Below are positions 21,701-29,793 of a stretch of DNA of 64,000 nucleotides, in pieces. The stretch is from a bacterium UBP13_UBA5359 (GTDB lineage: Bacteria; UBP13; UBA5359). Numbering within the stretch: the stretch's first letter is position 1; every line of letters starts with the position of its first letter. The position numbers and the translations under genes were made by a program. The notes beneath the pieces are model-generated. The model was not told the DNA's origin. It saw only the letters and a list, made by a program, of their open reading frames with translations, and did no database searches. Location of the stretch: positions 1 to 64,000 of the forward strand of contig DHPR01000033.1 in assembly GCA_002410925.1 (NCBI GenBank). Direction: 5' to 3'.

Positions 21701-24700
21701 AGCGGTGGGCAATGAACCCGGAACGTATAAAATGACCGCTACCAGCGGCACACTGGCCGGTTCGCCCGTTACGGCTACCTTCGAGATCGTCAGCGATACG
21801 CCGAAGATTACCAATGCCTTTGTAGATGGTGCACCGGCGCAGGATGCCAAGAAGATATATCTCAACGATACTACGGTCACTCTGCGCCTTGAGGGCAGCG
21901 GCTTCAAGGAGGGCATGAACGTCTGGCTGATGAAGGGAGCATCCAATACACCCAAGGTTACCGCCGGCGTTATCAGCCCCATGCAGGCAACGGCTGTAAT
22001 CAGTTCGGCGGACTTCCCGCCGGCACCGGCGGAGGGATGGAGCATATGCGCTCAGAATATAAATGGTTCAGTTGCTGATGAACTGCAGGATGCCTTCAAC
22101 ACTGTGTATCGTCAGCCGATAATAACCGGGGTAACTCTCAACGGCAGCGGTGAGGTAAATTCAACGCTTACCATGACGGTGACGGGAAATTACTTCAGGG
22201 CAGGCGCCGAGGCAGCGCTGGTGCTCGGCACCGATATCATTCCAGCCAATGAGACTACCGTTATGGATAACAGCCTCCTGGAATGCCGATTCACCTTGCT
22301 GGCAGAGGGCGGCAAGAGCTGGAACCTGAGGGTTACCAACGATGACGGCCAATACGGCAGCCGGACAAATGCCGTGCTGGTAGCCTGGCCGGCGCCGTTC
22401 GTTGCCGCCATCGCACCTGATATCGGCCATACCGGCGAAAATACAAAGTCCATTACGGTAACAGGCAGTAACTTCTATGATAATGCCACCGTAAGAATGT
22501 CTAAAAATGGAGCGGATTCAACAGCGATACCTGGAACCGTAATATCGATTGCAGGCGGAAATACCATTGCGGCGGAATTCAATCTCTCCGATCCTTACGG
22601 CACCGGGCAGTTGCCGGCAGACGGTGTGTGGGATATTCAGGTAATGAATATAGGTTCTGTCTGGAGCACCGTTAACGCCAATGATAGATTTACATTATCT
22701 TATCAGGCGCCGACGGTTACCTCCATAACTCCCAATATGGGTGAACGCGGGCAGTCTATCTCTGGTGCCAGCCTTGCCGGCAGCGGATTCCTTAGCGGTG
22801 CCGAGGTAAAGCTCGTCAGAGCGGGATCTTCTGATATAAAAGCGACGAACGTTCTTGTGGAGAGCTCTGGCAGGATCGCTTACTCCCTCGATATACCTGT
22901 CGACGCTGAAGAGGGTGACTGGGATGTGGTGGTAACCAATCCCGATGCTCAGTCCGGAACCGGGCCGGCTCTCTTCAAAGTAGAGGAGGTAACACCGACG
23001 GTGGTCTCCATATCTCCCGCTACGGGTGAGCGTGGGCAGACCCTTGCTGCAACGGAGCTTGTCGGCACCGGCTTCCTGAACGTTACAACCGTTAAATTGA
23101 CTCGCAGCGGCCAGGCGGATATAACGGCAACAGAGGTATCTGTTGATGGTCCTACACGGATTACCTGTAAGTTTGCTATACCATCCGATGCGGCAACGGG
23201 TCCCTGGAACGCCGTTGTGATTAATTCCGGCAGCAAGGCCAGTACCGGCGGAGCAGGAATCTTTAATATCGAATATCAGGCGCCGACGGTGACATCGATC
23301 GCCCCGGCTTCAGGCGTAATCGGGCAAGAGATATCTATAACGGAGCTTGCAGGAAGCGGATTTGCCCCCGGTGCGCAGGTTAAACTGACCGGCGGCGGCC
23401 TGGCGGCAGATATAGCCGGCTCCTTCATAACGGTAGTCGATTCCGGCAAGATAACCTGTCGGTTCGCTATCCCGTCCGGGACTCAGGCGGGCCGGTGCGA
23501 TGTGGTAGTGATCAACCCCGGCGACAAGAGCAGTACCGGCGGAGAGGATCTCTTTACTATTATGTCGTCGGCAGCCGTTGTGAGCGATATCAATCCGGCC
23601 GGCGCCATGAATACGGGCGTTGTCAATGTGACTACGAGCGGAGCAAATTTTGTCAGCGGCGCTACCGTAAAGCTGGCAAAGGCAGGTCAGATCGATATCA
23701 ATGGAAGCGTGAGCTCGCTGACAGCCAATTCCATTGCCTGTACCTTCGACCTGAATGACCCATATGGAACGGGTGAGCCGGCGGTTCCGGGAGCCTGGGA
23801 TGTAGTAGTGACCAATCCGTATGCCGTTGGAGAGGGCATCTTGCCCGGAGGCTTTACCGTTAACAACCCGGCGCCGGAGATAACGTCAATAACACCGGCC
23901 GGCGGCGATAATGATCAGAGCGCCGTTTCTGCTACGGTGACCGGCAAGTATTTTATAGATGATCCGGCTACTACGGTATCGCTGGAAGCGGCAGGATTTC
24001 CTGCTATAACAGGAACGATGAGCAGCATAACGCCTACGCGGATAACCTGCACCTTCAATCTGGCGGGCGCCGTTGCGGGTAAAAGGAAGCTGCGCGTGGT
24101 GAACAGCGATGGCCAGATGAATTCCATGGCCGACGCCTTTACCATCCTGAACCCCGCCCCGATCGTTACCGGAGCTGTCCCTGGCTCCATGAAAAGGGAT
24201 GAGATCAAGGAGGTTGTCATCAGCGGTTCCGGTTTTATGGCCGGGGCGCAGGTGAAGCTGGTCATAGCCGGCCAGCCGGCCATAGAGGCGGTAGATGAGG
24301 TAGTGACCGGTGGAGATAGTATAACCTGCAGCATAACTATACCGGCATCTGCGGTCTACGGCCTCTGGGATATAGTGGTGACCAACCCCGATAAGAGAAC
24401 GGGTAGCAAGGCAGGCGGTTTCTCTGTTACACCTTTGCCACCGATTATCACCTCCCTTTCGCCGAACAAGGGAACGAATAATGAAGCGGTAGAAATTATT
24501 ATTAGCGGCAGCGATTTCAACACCGGCAGTGTGAAACTCTCCATGACCGATGAGCCAGACATCGACGGGCAGCTGGTATCGGCCGCGCCGACTGAACTTA
24601 AATTCAGATTCGATCTTAACGGCGCTGCTGCCGGTCAATGGATGCTGACGGTCACCAATGCCGATGGAGGGCGCGCAACGGCAGCCTTTACCATTCGTAA

Positions 24701-25550
24701 TCCCGCCCCTACATTAACCGGTATTATGCCGTCCAATGCTTTCAATAATGAGAGTGCAAAGGCGGTAACTATTCAGGGCAGCGGCTTCTCTGCTCCCACA
24801 GTGAAACTCAGGCGTGCCGGCCAAGAGATATCCGGCAGCGCCATAACTTCAACTGCCGACAGCCTTAGCTGCACGTTCGATCTTACCGGTGCCGCCAGCG
24901 GTGATTGGGATGTAGCGGTCGCTAATTATCTCAGTGATGAGGTTTCATTGGCTGCAGCCTTCCACATTGCCGATCCTGCGCCTGCAATCAGCTCTATCTC
25001 GCCATCGGCCGGCGAGCAGGGTCAGAGGGTGAGCGGTGTCGTGATAAACGGAGATTACTTCCAGACGGGTGCAACGGTAATGTTGACCAAGGAAGGGCAG
25101 ATACCTGTTGAGGCAAGCGTGACCAGCGTAACAGCCAATCGCATTGAATGCAGCTTCAGCCTGCCTTCCTCCGACAGTGCTCTCGGCCTCTGGGATCTGA
25201 CAGTGGCTAATCCGGATACACAGAGCATAACTGTGCAGTCTGCCTTTGAAGTCCAACACGCCGCACCGGTGGTGACAGGGATCAATCCCTCAGCTGGATC
25301 GAATAATGGGTCTGTGCTTATTAGCAACCTGGCCGGAACCGGCTTCAGGGACGGGGCGGCAGTGCAGCTTATAAAGGGCGACGCCACTATAGAAGCAACC
25401 AATGTTGCGGTGGTCAGTTCCAACAGGATAACCTGCGAATTCAAGCTGAATGGGGTTGCTGCCGGCCTTTGGTCGGTTAAAGTGATCAACTCTGACGGGA
25501 AGAGCGGGATAAAGGATAATATATTCACCGTTAATGATGCCGGAGGATAG
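15756..25550 (+). CDS. Giant (~3,260 aa) putative surface protein: signal, CsgG/FlgT-like region, Gly-rich hydrophobic helix, Big_1/invasin-like domains, FN3, 13 IPT/TIG-like repeats
   Basis: Single uninterrupted ORF; ADG...V.D..GNPV.G..V.F Big_1 motifs; P.VTSI.P..G...G.GF..GA.VKL...WDVVVTNPD repeats. Confidence 0.85.
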   Translation: MNNLRNAAWRIPVVYLLIITMILPYYLDFFTARADAASNYSEGQQVLVLDFISSTESARPFGKKAADALTVTINQTGRYKTVSKQFVSKVAQDFKYGDLNSREQALQLAARLNVDLLVCGKILDAQVIDDGKQAKVRASAEMIEVQTGQVLFTDEITALSAKRLAGGGDQAVLLEEAASNAGFALAQNIKAFNPVTGVVLSVSNREVVINLGRNNGLHKGSELSLIRETRVEKSAGRFGGIEVNIDKRIIGKLSVKSFDEYSSVCTVLNSVVNPVENDKVRLDFVKADTYKEIEKKAAQQEGLGGISKFLLGLAALGGLVALGGKAGSDSEGPLPGEEIDEKKSTVTLTGASTLPADGLTSTFITVRVVDIDNNPLANHKIVLHSSRNSSSAGLSAEPAAAVLPPAATGDDLSPAPGKIRPGSAINKSRPRLNTFGSAASSIGSASFSRRQRIQQPDADSSMDIERQTSQVTEKTVVRKFPDKGLFGRPDRDRQSLRQRFPRRASGNTSAPLNMVSGQASGPDIITPVISDLTDASGTVTFAVRSTAAIESPGVSFYAYDSTAQRTIVQRVNNIIFTPGQLAQYKLTVSSSLVRKGETFSISVEAQDQYGNFIKTAAGTVGLSAAVADTSEAVVLNPSPATVTLSAGVGILSGLVLGSTGNIKLTAFGGGGALGITDITVIAEQLPTAPAIANIVEGDRQVSVQWDPVEDASVTGYRVYQSTLQNGQYTQVTQVSKDVTAATVPGLANNTDYWFKVASYNTTGAESFSAARKATPQVSSITGFKVETTNDAGQWVPGGTAVSWKAGKAYSVRISPVDNTGALMISSQSLTVNLRAGTTRHMGTMKFSTDGENFNAVQATVPAGQQFVVVKAMDTLATYVGTIGNSVTVAVEEGQTPFRSGESGAISIYPDDQYKLGFSTMSQSIAVGSVSDVVNIQVQDQHDNLVTGINKGGMVSVKGDGSTSLMFSRDGADPWNSVIDIDIVNGVGSFYFRDTNAGTPSIRVEDNTRSLQQTQAIQSVKIVSKSIKITSLPYTLFTGEVPPTPVTVEALNEDGTRDTFFTNQDITVTAPSSGTVLFCDTADGTYQAQPFILRMSDGLGQFYFKSTLAGTPIIKVDSGALGYGYDTQQQAINQRVPNSIEISSTKDQMIADGIQTAEIICVVKDSTGNPVSGVRVNFSKEPSEMGGVSPAFGLTNSDGIITAHFTAGTISGIATVRATVADHTSVNKSTSIELVAGKPAIILLSAPSGTRVQVGGNKLPVKATVYDRFGNLVADNTEVVFKVSDREKATISSPSTTVNGVASTSLQSGNKSGSVDIEASIVLLPPDSSTIKSALLHLSVDAGPPSLIYASLEGPNSLSIGAVEGVLPADNVSTLQVKATVKDQFGNPVNDGTRVYFTSELGSMMAGQPTSSSSTTGGVAVSTLTAPDWGTIRFESVESAKRGISKVTVTAGDVDGVPMAVNDICRVIFTGTPKTFYITMNELGIPATATTIRAGNTISFYSYAKDEYDHPLAPSTRENPSYATVNFLPGGERSSFSPTAVTHNPAGIATAQFSASTRTIDSPAAVTARMRCMGYIYYAENTVITTIMPEKLDHFFFEQHGGGAVNGRPMNTTIWAYDQYGNLKTDYVGGTTIRAQGGKGTISSGATCSFAVNDRGRVDHQPVYTTNFLTKDNPTETITMTVVDGAANGTTGSVTIYGGSGTVPGTISLMASSGPYKAGSSETSITATVYDNLGTPVEGKPISFTIDNNGSVSPSSAVTDSSGRATANVTVAKKAGVIHTITAATSGLAAVSTKITVDANEPAGNLSVVPATASVVAGTADECTATVVDAYGNPVNGIVVNFKAIAQDNSVVGMSSAISGTDGKAKSTFQTPDAGAYTIKAWIGDEGASAAEGTTAVTVKAGTAARIEAVSGTFQSGVINSSLPEEFKVRIVDANNNPVNGVAVTFAQTKKPTGADDMEIGNPTAVTRTDSALGDGIASSGRIAVGNEPGTYKMTATSGTLAGSPVTATFEIVSDTPKITNAFVDGAPAQDAKKIYLNDTTVTLRLEGSGFKEGMNVWLMKGASNTPKVTAGVISPMQATAVISSADFPPAPAEGWSICAQNINGSVADELQDAFNTVYRQPIITGVTLNGSGEVNSTLTMTVTGNYFRAGAEAALVLGTDIIPANETTVMDNSLLECRFTLLAEGGKSWNLRVTNDDGQYGSRTNAVLVAWPAPFVAAIAPDIGHTGENTKSITVTGSNFYDNATVRMSKNGADSTAIPGTVISIAGGNTIAAEFNLSDPYGTGQLPADGVWDIQVMNIGSVWSTVNANDRFTLSYQAPTVTSITPNMGERGQSISGASLAGSGFLSGAEVKLVRAGSSDIKATNVLVESSGRIAYSLDIPVDAEEGDWDVVVTNPDAQSGTGPALFKVEEVTPTVVSISPATGERGQTLAATELVGTGFLNVTTVKLTRSGQADITATEVSVDGPTRITCKFAIPSDAATGPWNAVVINSGSKASTGGAGIFNIEYQAPTVTSIAPASGVIGQEISITELAGSGFAPGAQVKLTGGGLAADIAGSFITVVDSGKITCRFAIPSGTQAGRCDVVVINPGDKSSTGGEDLFTIMSSAAVVSDINPAGAMNTGVVNVTTSGANFVSGATVKLAKAGQIDINGSVSSLTANSIACTFDLNDPYGTGEPAVPGAWDVVVTNPYAVGEGILPGGFTVNNPAPEITSITPAGGDNDQSAVSATVTGKYFIDDPATTVSLEAAGFPAITGTMSSITPTRITCTFNLAGAVAGKRKLRVVNSDGQMNSMADAFTILNPAPIVTGAVPGSMKRDEIKEVVISGSGFMAGAQVKLVIAGQPAIEAVDEVVTGGDSITCSITIPASAVYGLWDIVVTNPDKRTGSKAGGFSVTPLPPIITSLSPNKGTNNEAVEIIISGSDFNTGSVKLSMTDEPDIDGQLVSAAPTELKFRFDLNGAAAGQWMLTVTNADGGRATAAFTIRNPAPTLTGIMPSNAFNNESAKAVTIQGSGFSAPTVKLRRAGQEISGSAITSTADSLSCTFDLTGAASGDWDVAVANYLSDEVSLAAAFHIADPAPAISSISPSAGEQGQRVSGVVINGDYFQTGATVMLTKEGQIPVEASVTSVTANRIECSFSLPSSDSALGLWDLTVANPDTQSITVQSAFEVQHAAPVVTGINPSAGSNNGSVLISNLAGTGFRDGAAVQLIKGDATIEATNVAVVSSNRITCEFKLNGVAAGLWSVKVINSDGKSGIKDNIFTVNDAGG
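21798..25540 (+). repeat. 13 tandem ~95-aa IPT/TIG-like repeats at the C-terminus of the giant protein
   Basis: Counted by eye from TPKITN... to ...FTVND; most units have a W-x-hydrophobic-x-V-x-N strand; diverged at the DNA level. Confidence 0.8.
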
Positions 25551-25601
25551 GGCCTAAGTCTTTTGGTAAATCATTTACGGGGGTGTGACAGCCGATAAGA
25601 A

Positions 25602-25631
25602 GAGAGGGCCTATTCATTAGTAGGCCCTCTC
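25602..25631. terminator. Strong hairpin downstream of the giant gene
   Basis: GAGAGGGCCTA-N8-TAGGCCCTCTC; no T-tract on the + strand. Confidence 0.45.
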
Positions 25632-25752
25632 GGGCGTGGTTGGCAGCAAGGCTGATTCTGTAATTCGAAGATGAAGATAGAAATAGCATTCCTTAAAGGT
25701 AAAATCCTCTTTTTGTAGAATAATAACAATAATGGATTCAAGGGGAGGCGAT

Positions 25753-26808
25753 ATGAAACCGTGTCCGAAATGCGGTTGCCGGAACCCTGACGGCTACAGA
25801 TTCTGCTGTGAATGCCACGCTCTGCTGGCGGCAAAGCGCGATGCGGTTGACGGCATGCAAAAAGATTCGGAAACCGGTAATGCGCAAGACAATTTACCTA
25901 TACTACCCATCGATGCGGCTACGCCTCTTGATGCATCTGCTGAAGAGGTGTATGAGATCGGGCGTTTCAAGGTTATGGCGGCGGCATTGGCAACAGCTCT
26001 TGTTCTGTATATCGGCAGCGGTGTTGTTGTCAGGCGAAGCGATAACAAGAGCTCTCCGGCAACCGATAAGGCCTCCGGAGCGGGAGTTAACAGGGCTTTA
26101 TCTCAGAGCGGAGGGTCCTCTCCGCCGCAGATACGGGATGCTCTTCCCAACCCATCTGATGCATATTCCAAGCAGGATAATGCTGATGAAGCACTTTATG
26201 GACCGGCGCAAGCGAGCAAACTTGGCAGTAAGAAGGATGAGGGTGATAGGGATAGAACGGATGGAAAGGGGGAAGAGGGGAGGACGGCGACCAGCGGGAA
26301 TCCCGGCATGCAGGCGGCGAAAAAACAAGAGGCAATAATATATATCAATAAGCCGGTTGCCGAAAAAAACCGCAAAGCGCCTTCAGCTAACGGCAGAGAC
26401 TCTTCTTCTTATTATATGAGGGCGCCGATGCTTCCGTCGGTTGCTTATCCGGAAGCCCCGTCTCAACCCCTCGTTATGATTGAATCTACGCTTGAACATT
26501 CTCCTGAACCGGAGATACGGAAGGGCAAGCCTTTGCCGTCGGCCGATACCGTTTCCGGCCGTCCCGGTTATTTGACGGCGGCAGTGGTTCCCGGGGTAAA
26601 AAGGAGAAATAATAAGCCTGCGCCAGCTTCTGTACATGCAAGTGCAGATAAGCAACAGATAGCTTATCAGGAATCTGTTGCCGATACCTATATCAGGCTG
26701 GGGCAGGATAAGGAGGCTGCCGCCATATTGGAGAGGTTACTTAAGAGAGATCTGCCGGCTGATGATAGGGATAGAATAGCAAAGAAACTCAGAGAGTGTG
26801 GTGATTGA
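25753..26808 (+). CDS. Zinc-ribbon, single-TM protein with low-complexity linker and C-terminal TPR-like helix pair
   Basis: CPKCGCRNPDGYRFCCEC; TM VMAAALATALVLYIG; ADTYIRLGQDKEAAAILERLL; GGAGG SD. Confidence 0.75.
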   Translation: MKPCPKCGCRNPDGYRFCCECHALLAAKRDAVDGMQKDSETGNAQDNLPILPIDAATPLDASAEEVYEIGRFKVMAAALATALVLYIGSGVVVRRSDNKSSPATDKASGAGVNRALSQSGGSSPPQIRDALPNPSDAYSKQDNADEALYGPAQASKLGSKKDEGDRDRTDGKGEEGRTATSGNPGMQAAKKQEAIIYINKPVAEKNRKAPSANGRDSSSYYMRAPMLPSVAYPEAPSQPLVMIESTLEHSPEPEIRKGKPLPSADTVSGRPGYLTAAVVPGVKRRNNKPAPASVHASADKQQIAYQESVADTYIRLGQDKEAAAILERLLKRDLPADDRDRIAKKLRECGD

Positions 26809-26811
26809 AGA

Positions 26812-27711
26812 GTGGTTACCTGCCCGTCATGCGGACATGAAAACCCGGAAAAATTTCGATTTTGCGGTGAATGCCATACAAAATTACCGCGTGTCTACAA
26901 TCCTGATGCTGTGGATATAGGAGAGGATGCAGCTGCCTATGCAGTGGATATGGCTGAGGATACTCCTTCAACCGAAACACTCAGTGATTTATCTAACCCG
27001 GCGCCTGATTCTTCAGTTTTAAACGGTTCTTTAGCCACATACAAATATGCGCTTGAGAGTTCACGTGCGAATGCCTTGCCGGGTTCTCTCTTGTGGCGGA
27101 CGATGATAGGCATTACCGCCGTTATTATATTTATTCTTCTTACACTGTATGCTTTGAATGCTCCGGGCAGGCATACCGCATCTGTGAAGACCAGCCCTGC
27201 TCTTACTGAAAGCGGCAAGCCTTCGGCTGTTGCCGGTGAGGATAAACTTCCTGATGCGGAATCCGAACCGGATGTAAAAAATGATGAGGCTGGGCTGCCG
27301 GCGCCGCATAACGCCGATATATCTTCTCCGGCGCCGGTAAGAGAAGGCGGCCACAGGCCATCCGTGGAAAAGCCGGCTTCCATACCGCGGCCGACGCAAT
27401 CCGGGTCTGCAACTATTTCTCATCCATCCGCTCCTCAGGCGGTTACAAGGAAGCCTGAGCGGCCTTCTTCCGTTGAATCTGTTCGCACACCTGATAAAAG
27501 CATGCCACAGCGGGCGACGAATAAAAAAGTGCCTGCCGTTGCTCCGGCAACAAAACATAGTCAGCCGTCACCCGCCGCCAGGCGGCCTGCCGGGATGTCG
27601 CCGCCACCGGCTCCACCGGCTCCGCCGGCATCCGATAATGAGCGCAAAATAATTGAAATGGAGAAGCCGCTCGCTTCAAAGACACCTATTGTTATACCGC
27701 ATGGCGATTGA
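26812..27711 (+). CDS. Zinc-ribbon, single-TM protein with Pro-rich tail
   Basis: CPSCGHENPEKFRFCGEC; TM IGITAVIIFILLTLYAL; Pro/Ser/Ala-rich C-terminus. Confidence 0.75.
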   Translation: MVTCPSCGHENPEKFRFCGECHTKLPRVYNPDAVDIGEDAAAYAVDMAEDTPSTETLSDLSNPAPDSSVLNGSLATYKYALESSRANALPGSLLWRTMIGITAVIIFILLTLYALNAPGRHTASVKTSPALTESGKPSAVAGEDKLPDAESEPDVKNDEAGLPAPHNADISSPAPVREGGHRPSVEKPASIPRPTQSGSATISHPSAPQAVTRKPERPSSVESVRTPDKSMPQRATNKKVPAVAPATKHSQPSPAARRPAGMSPPPAPPAPPASDNERKIIEMEKPLASKTPIVIPHGD

Positions 27712-27784
27712 ATATGGAAGGTTATACGATGGTTTTTGTTGAATACTATAATGATTAATTGCGCTTATTGAAAGAAGAGGCTTA

Positions 27785-29728
27785 ATGGATAAAACCGTCG
27801 TAAATACTTTTGTGCAGATCTTTCAGGAGGGGTACGGCGGCACAGCAACAAAGGGATTCACTTCTCTTTTTAGGGCTGTCTTTGCCATGTTGGCGAGCAG
27901 TTTGGCGGTTCTTTTTTTCTCTCAGGTTGCTCTTGCCGGCCTCGCTGCGCCCGCGGGGTTATCGGTGCGAACGGGTGATAAGCTGGTAACGTTGTCTTGG
28001 ATACCATTGAACCTTTCAGATATTGCCGGATATAATATATATCGTAGCGATAGGATAGATGGTTTTTATACCAGAATAGGCTTTGAGAGACATCCGAGCC
28101 GCACCTTTGTCGATCGCACTGTGGCCAACGATACATTGTATTATTACAAGATAACCTCTTTGGACAGATCCGGTATTGAGGGAGCGGAAACGCTGCCGAT
28201 ATCCGCGCTGCCGCTGGCTGATAGAGGAAAAATATCGCTGTCAGCCGGTTATCTGGCTTGTAGCCTGGATAAGCATATTATAGAAATGTCCGGAAATGCC
28301 AGGATGGTTATGGGCAACCAATCTATTGAAGCTGACAATATTCAGTTCAAGGTGGATCAGCAAGAGATAAGAGCCAGGGGCAACATCAGAATACATAGCC
28401 TGAAAGAGAAGATGTCAGGAGAGCTTCTCTTTTGGGATAAGCGCAACATGAAGGGTACGCTTGTCAAGGTGGAGCCGGAGATCGAGCATATTCACTTCTC
28501 AGGCCAGGCGTTTACGCGCTGTAGCAGCGATACAGCAAATAGAAGCCCCTCTTTTGCTTTTGAAGATATTAGTGAGAGCCGGATATGGATGGTCGCCCGA
28601 AGAGCCACTGTTTATCCCTCTGAAAGGATAAATCTGGTGGGCGTCGATATGTACGTCAATGGGGCGAGAATAGTAGGTATGCCATACTATATGTTGACAT
28701 TACGGGGGTATGCAGGCGATAATCTAAGTTATAATCAGTACAACGGCCTGACGATAAGCATACCTTATTATTATGGCCTTAGCGATCGAACATTCGGTTT
28801 GCTTAAAGGCAGTTACAGTACCACCACCAAATTCGGTTTGGGACTGGAGCAGTACCTTGAAATTACGGATAAATCTGATTGCCAATTAAATTTAGAGAGG
28901 CTTATCAGCGATAGCTGGTCCGGCCGCTTCAGGCTTTCTCATAAATTTGACAGCAGCACTTATGGCGATATCAATGTGAATTATCCCTCCGGCCATAACA
29001 TGTACGGCACGTTATCCATTGCCAGGGACATGAATTCTCAGAGGTTAAGTCTCTTCGCCAATGCTGTTCAGAAGGATGGCGACACCAGCCTGAACTCTGT
29101 CGAGCTCAGCTGGCGGATGTATTCGGCCAAACTGGGCAGCACCGGTATAAGCTATGGTTTGGCGGCTTCTTGCGGTATGTTTCGCGATTCCTCTACCGAT
29201 ATACTTGATAATGAAGAGGATATTCAACTGACGCTTACTCCACCGGCTTTACCTCTTTTTGACAGAACAATGCTGGTGACGAGCCTCTCTTTGGGGCATA
29301 ATTGGTCAAGCGATGGGGGCTTGATGGATTATGCGGCGACGATGACGCTGAATCATAGGCTTAAATCCGGAGGAGGTCTTTCTATCGGCTATCACTATAG
29401 CGGGCAAAGCGATTCGGCCATTACGGGCTATGGCGGCCGGAGTATCTCCGGATCTCTCTATCTAAGCAGATATAAGAGCTGGCGTTTCAACGCTTATGCC
29501 GATTATGATCTGGAGACATCCTTGCTGCGCTCCAGCTTTAATATAGATGTTCCGGTAGGGCAGGATTGGTCCTTTAGCCTGAGGCCCTCTTATTATCCCG
29601 GATATAGTGCCGATCCCTGGAATGTTGAGATATTGACGGGGCGGCGCATAGGCTCTCGCGATTTACGGCTGGGATGGTCTTCGCGGACCGGTCGGGTATG
29701 GGGTGAATTTGCTATCAGCGCTTTTTAA
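27785..29728 (+). CDS. FN3 domain fused to an LptD-like (beta-jellyroll + beta-barrel) outer-membrane protein
   Basis: FN3 motifs; IEMSGNARM...IEADNIQF...IRARGNI jellyroll; ARRATVYPSERI...GMPYY; amphipathic strands; terminal Phe. Confidence 0.6.
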   Translation: MDKTVVNTFVQIFQEGYGGTATKGFTSLFRAVFAMLASSLAVLFFSQVALAGLAAPAGLSVRTGDKLVTLSWIPLNLSDIAGYNIYRSDRIDGFYTRIGFERHPSRTFVDRTVANDTLYYYKITSLDRSGIEGAETLPISALPLADRGKISLSAGYLACSLDKHIIEMSGNARMVMGNQSIEADNIQFKVDQQEIRARGNIRIHSLKEKMSGELLFWDKRNMKGTLVKVEPEIEHIHFSGQAFTRCSSDTANRSPSFAFEDISESRIWMVARRATVYPSERINLVGVDMYVNGARIVGMPYYMLTLRGYAGDNLSYNQYNGLTISIPYYYGLSDRTFGLLKGSYSTTTKFGLGLEQYLEITDKSDCQLNLERLISDSWSGRFRLSHKFDSSTYGDINVNYPSGHNMYGTLSIARDMNSQRLSLFANAVQKDGDTSLNSVELSWRMYSAKLGSTGISYGLAASCGMFRDSSTDILDNEEDIQLTLTPPALPLFDRTMLVTSLSLGHNWSSDGGLMDYAATMTLNHRLKSGGGLSIGYHYSGQSDSAITGYGGRSISGSLYLSRYKSWRFNAYADYDLETSLLRSSFNIDVPVGQDWSFSLRPSYYPGYSADPWNVEILTGRRIGSRDLRLGWSSRTGRVWGEFAISAF

Positions 29729-29793
29729 TACAGCTCTGCCGAAGGCGCAAGGTTACATGATACAGGCGAGCATATCGAGAGGAGTTAGTAGGT

